Shown in pieces: positions 63,924 through 64,000 of a stretch of DNA of 64,000 bases. Numbering within the stretch: position 1 is the first letter of the stretch; every line of letters starts with the position of its first letter. The notes beneath the pieces are model-generated. The model saw only the letters and a program-made list of their open reading frames with translations. It searched no databases and had not been told where the DNA came from. Both the position numbers and the translations under genes were made by a program. The stretch is from NCBI GenBank assembly GCA_051362555.1, contig CM120648.1, positions 10,784,587 through 10,848,586 on the forward strand, given 5' to 3'. The stretch comes from Lingula anatina (taxonomy: Eukaryota; Animalia; Brachiopoda).

Positions 63924-64000
63924 CTGAAAGTATAAAGCAAATTTGTAATAAAGCACTATCAATTTACTTGTTAGATATTGATTTGAGGGCAAGAGAAAAA

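Overview
AT-rich, intron-containing animal genomic DNA, most consistent with a marine invertebrate (species cannot be assigned from this window). Spliced genes were assembled by hand from GT-AG sites and reading frames. On the + strand, in order: (1) two tandem paralogues of an APD1-4/DUF4793-like membrane protein without a RING finger; (2) two small coiled-coil plus transmembrane paralogues, each behind a conserved pair of NF-kB-like sites; (3) a 9-exon, ~786-aa secreted precursor with six R-[FYV]-[LF]-VA motif repeats, acidic mini-exons and a KR-preceded 10-Cys C-terminal domain; (4) a 3-exon TNF-superfamily ligand; (5) as the next gene, an ~470-aa type I receptor joining a TNFR-type cysteine-rich ectodomain to a cytoplasmic TIR domain instead of a death domain. 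The adjacent TNF ligand and TNFR-TIR receptor, with kB/IRF-like sites upstream of four genes, is the main candidate for an undescribed innate-immune signalling module. Introns and intergenic DNA hold a decayed DD34E Tc1 and its MITE, TTAA-site MITEs, CAG...CTG MITEs, Helentron-like elements with tandem arrays, fold-back elements and LINE fragments. Most short ORFs in the supplied track are spurious.
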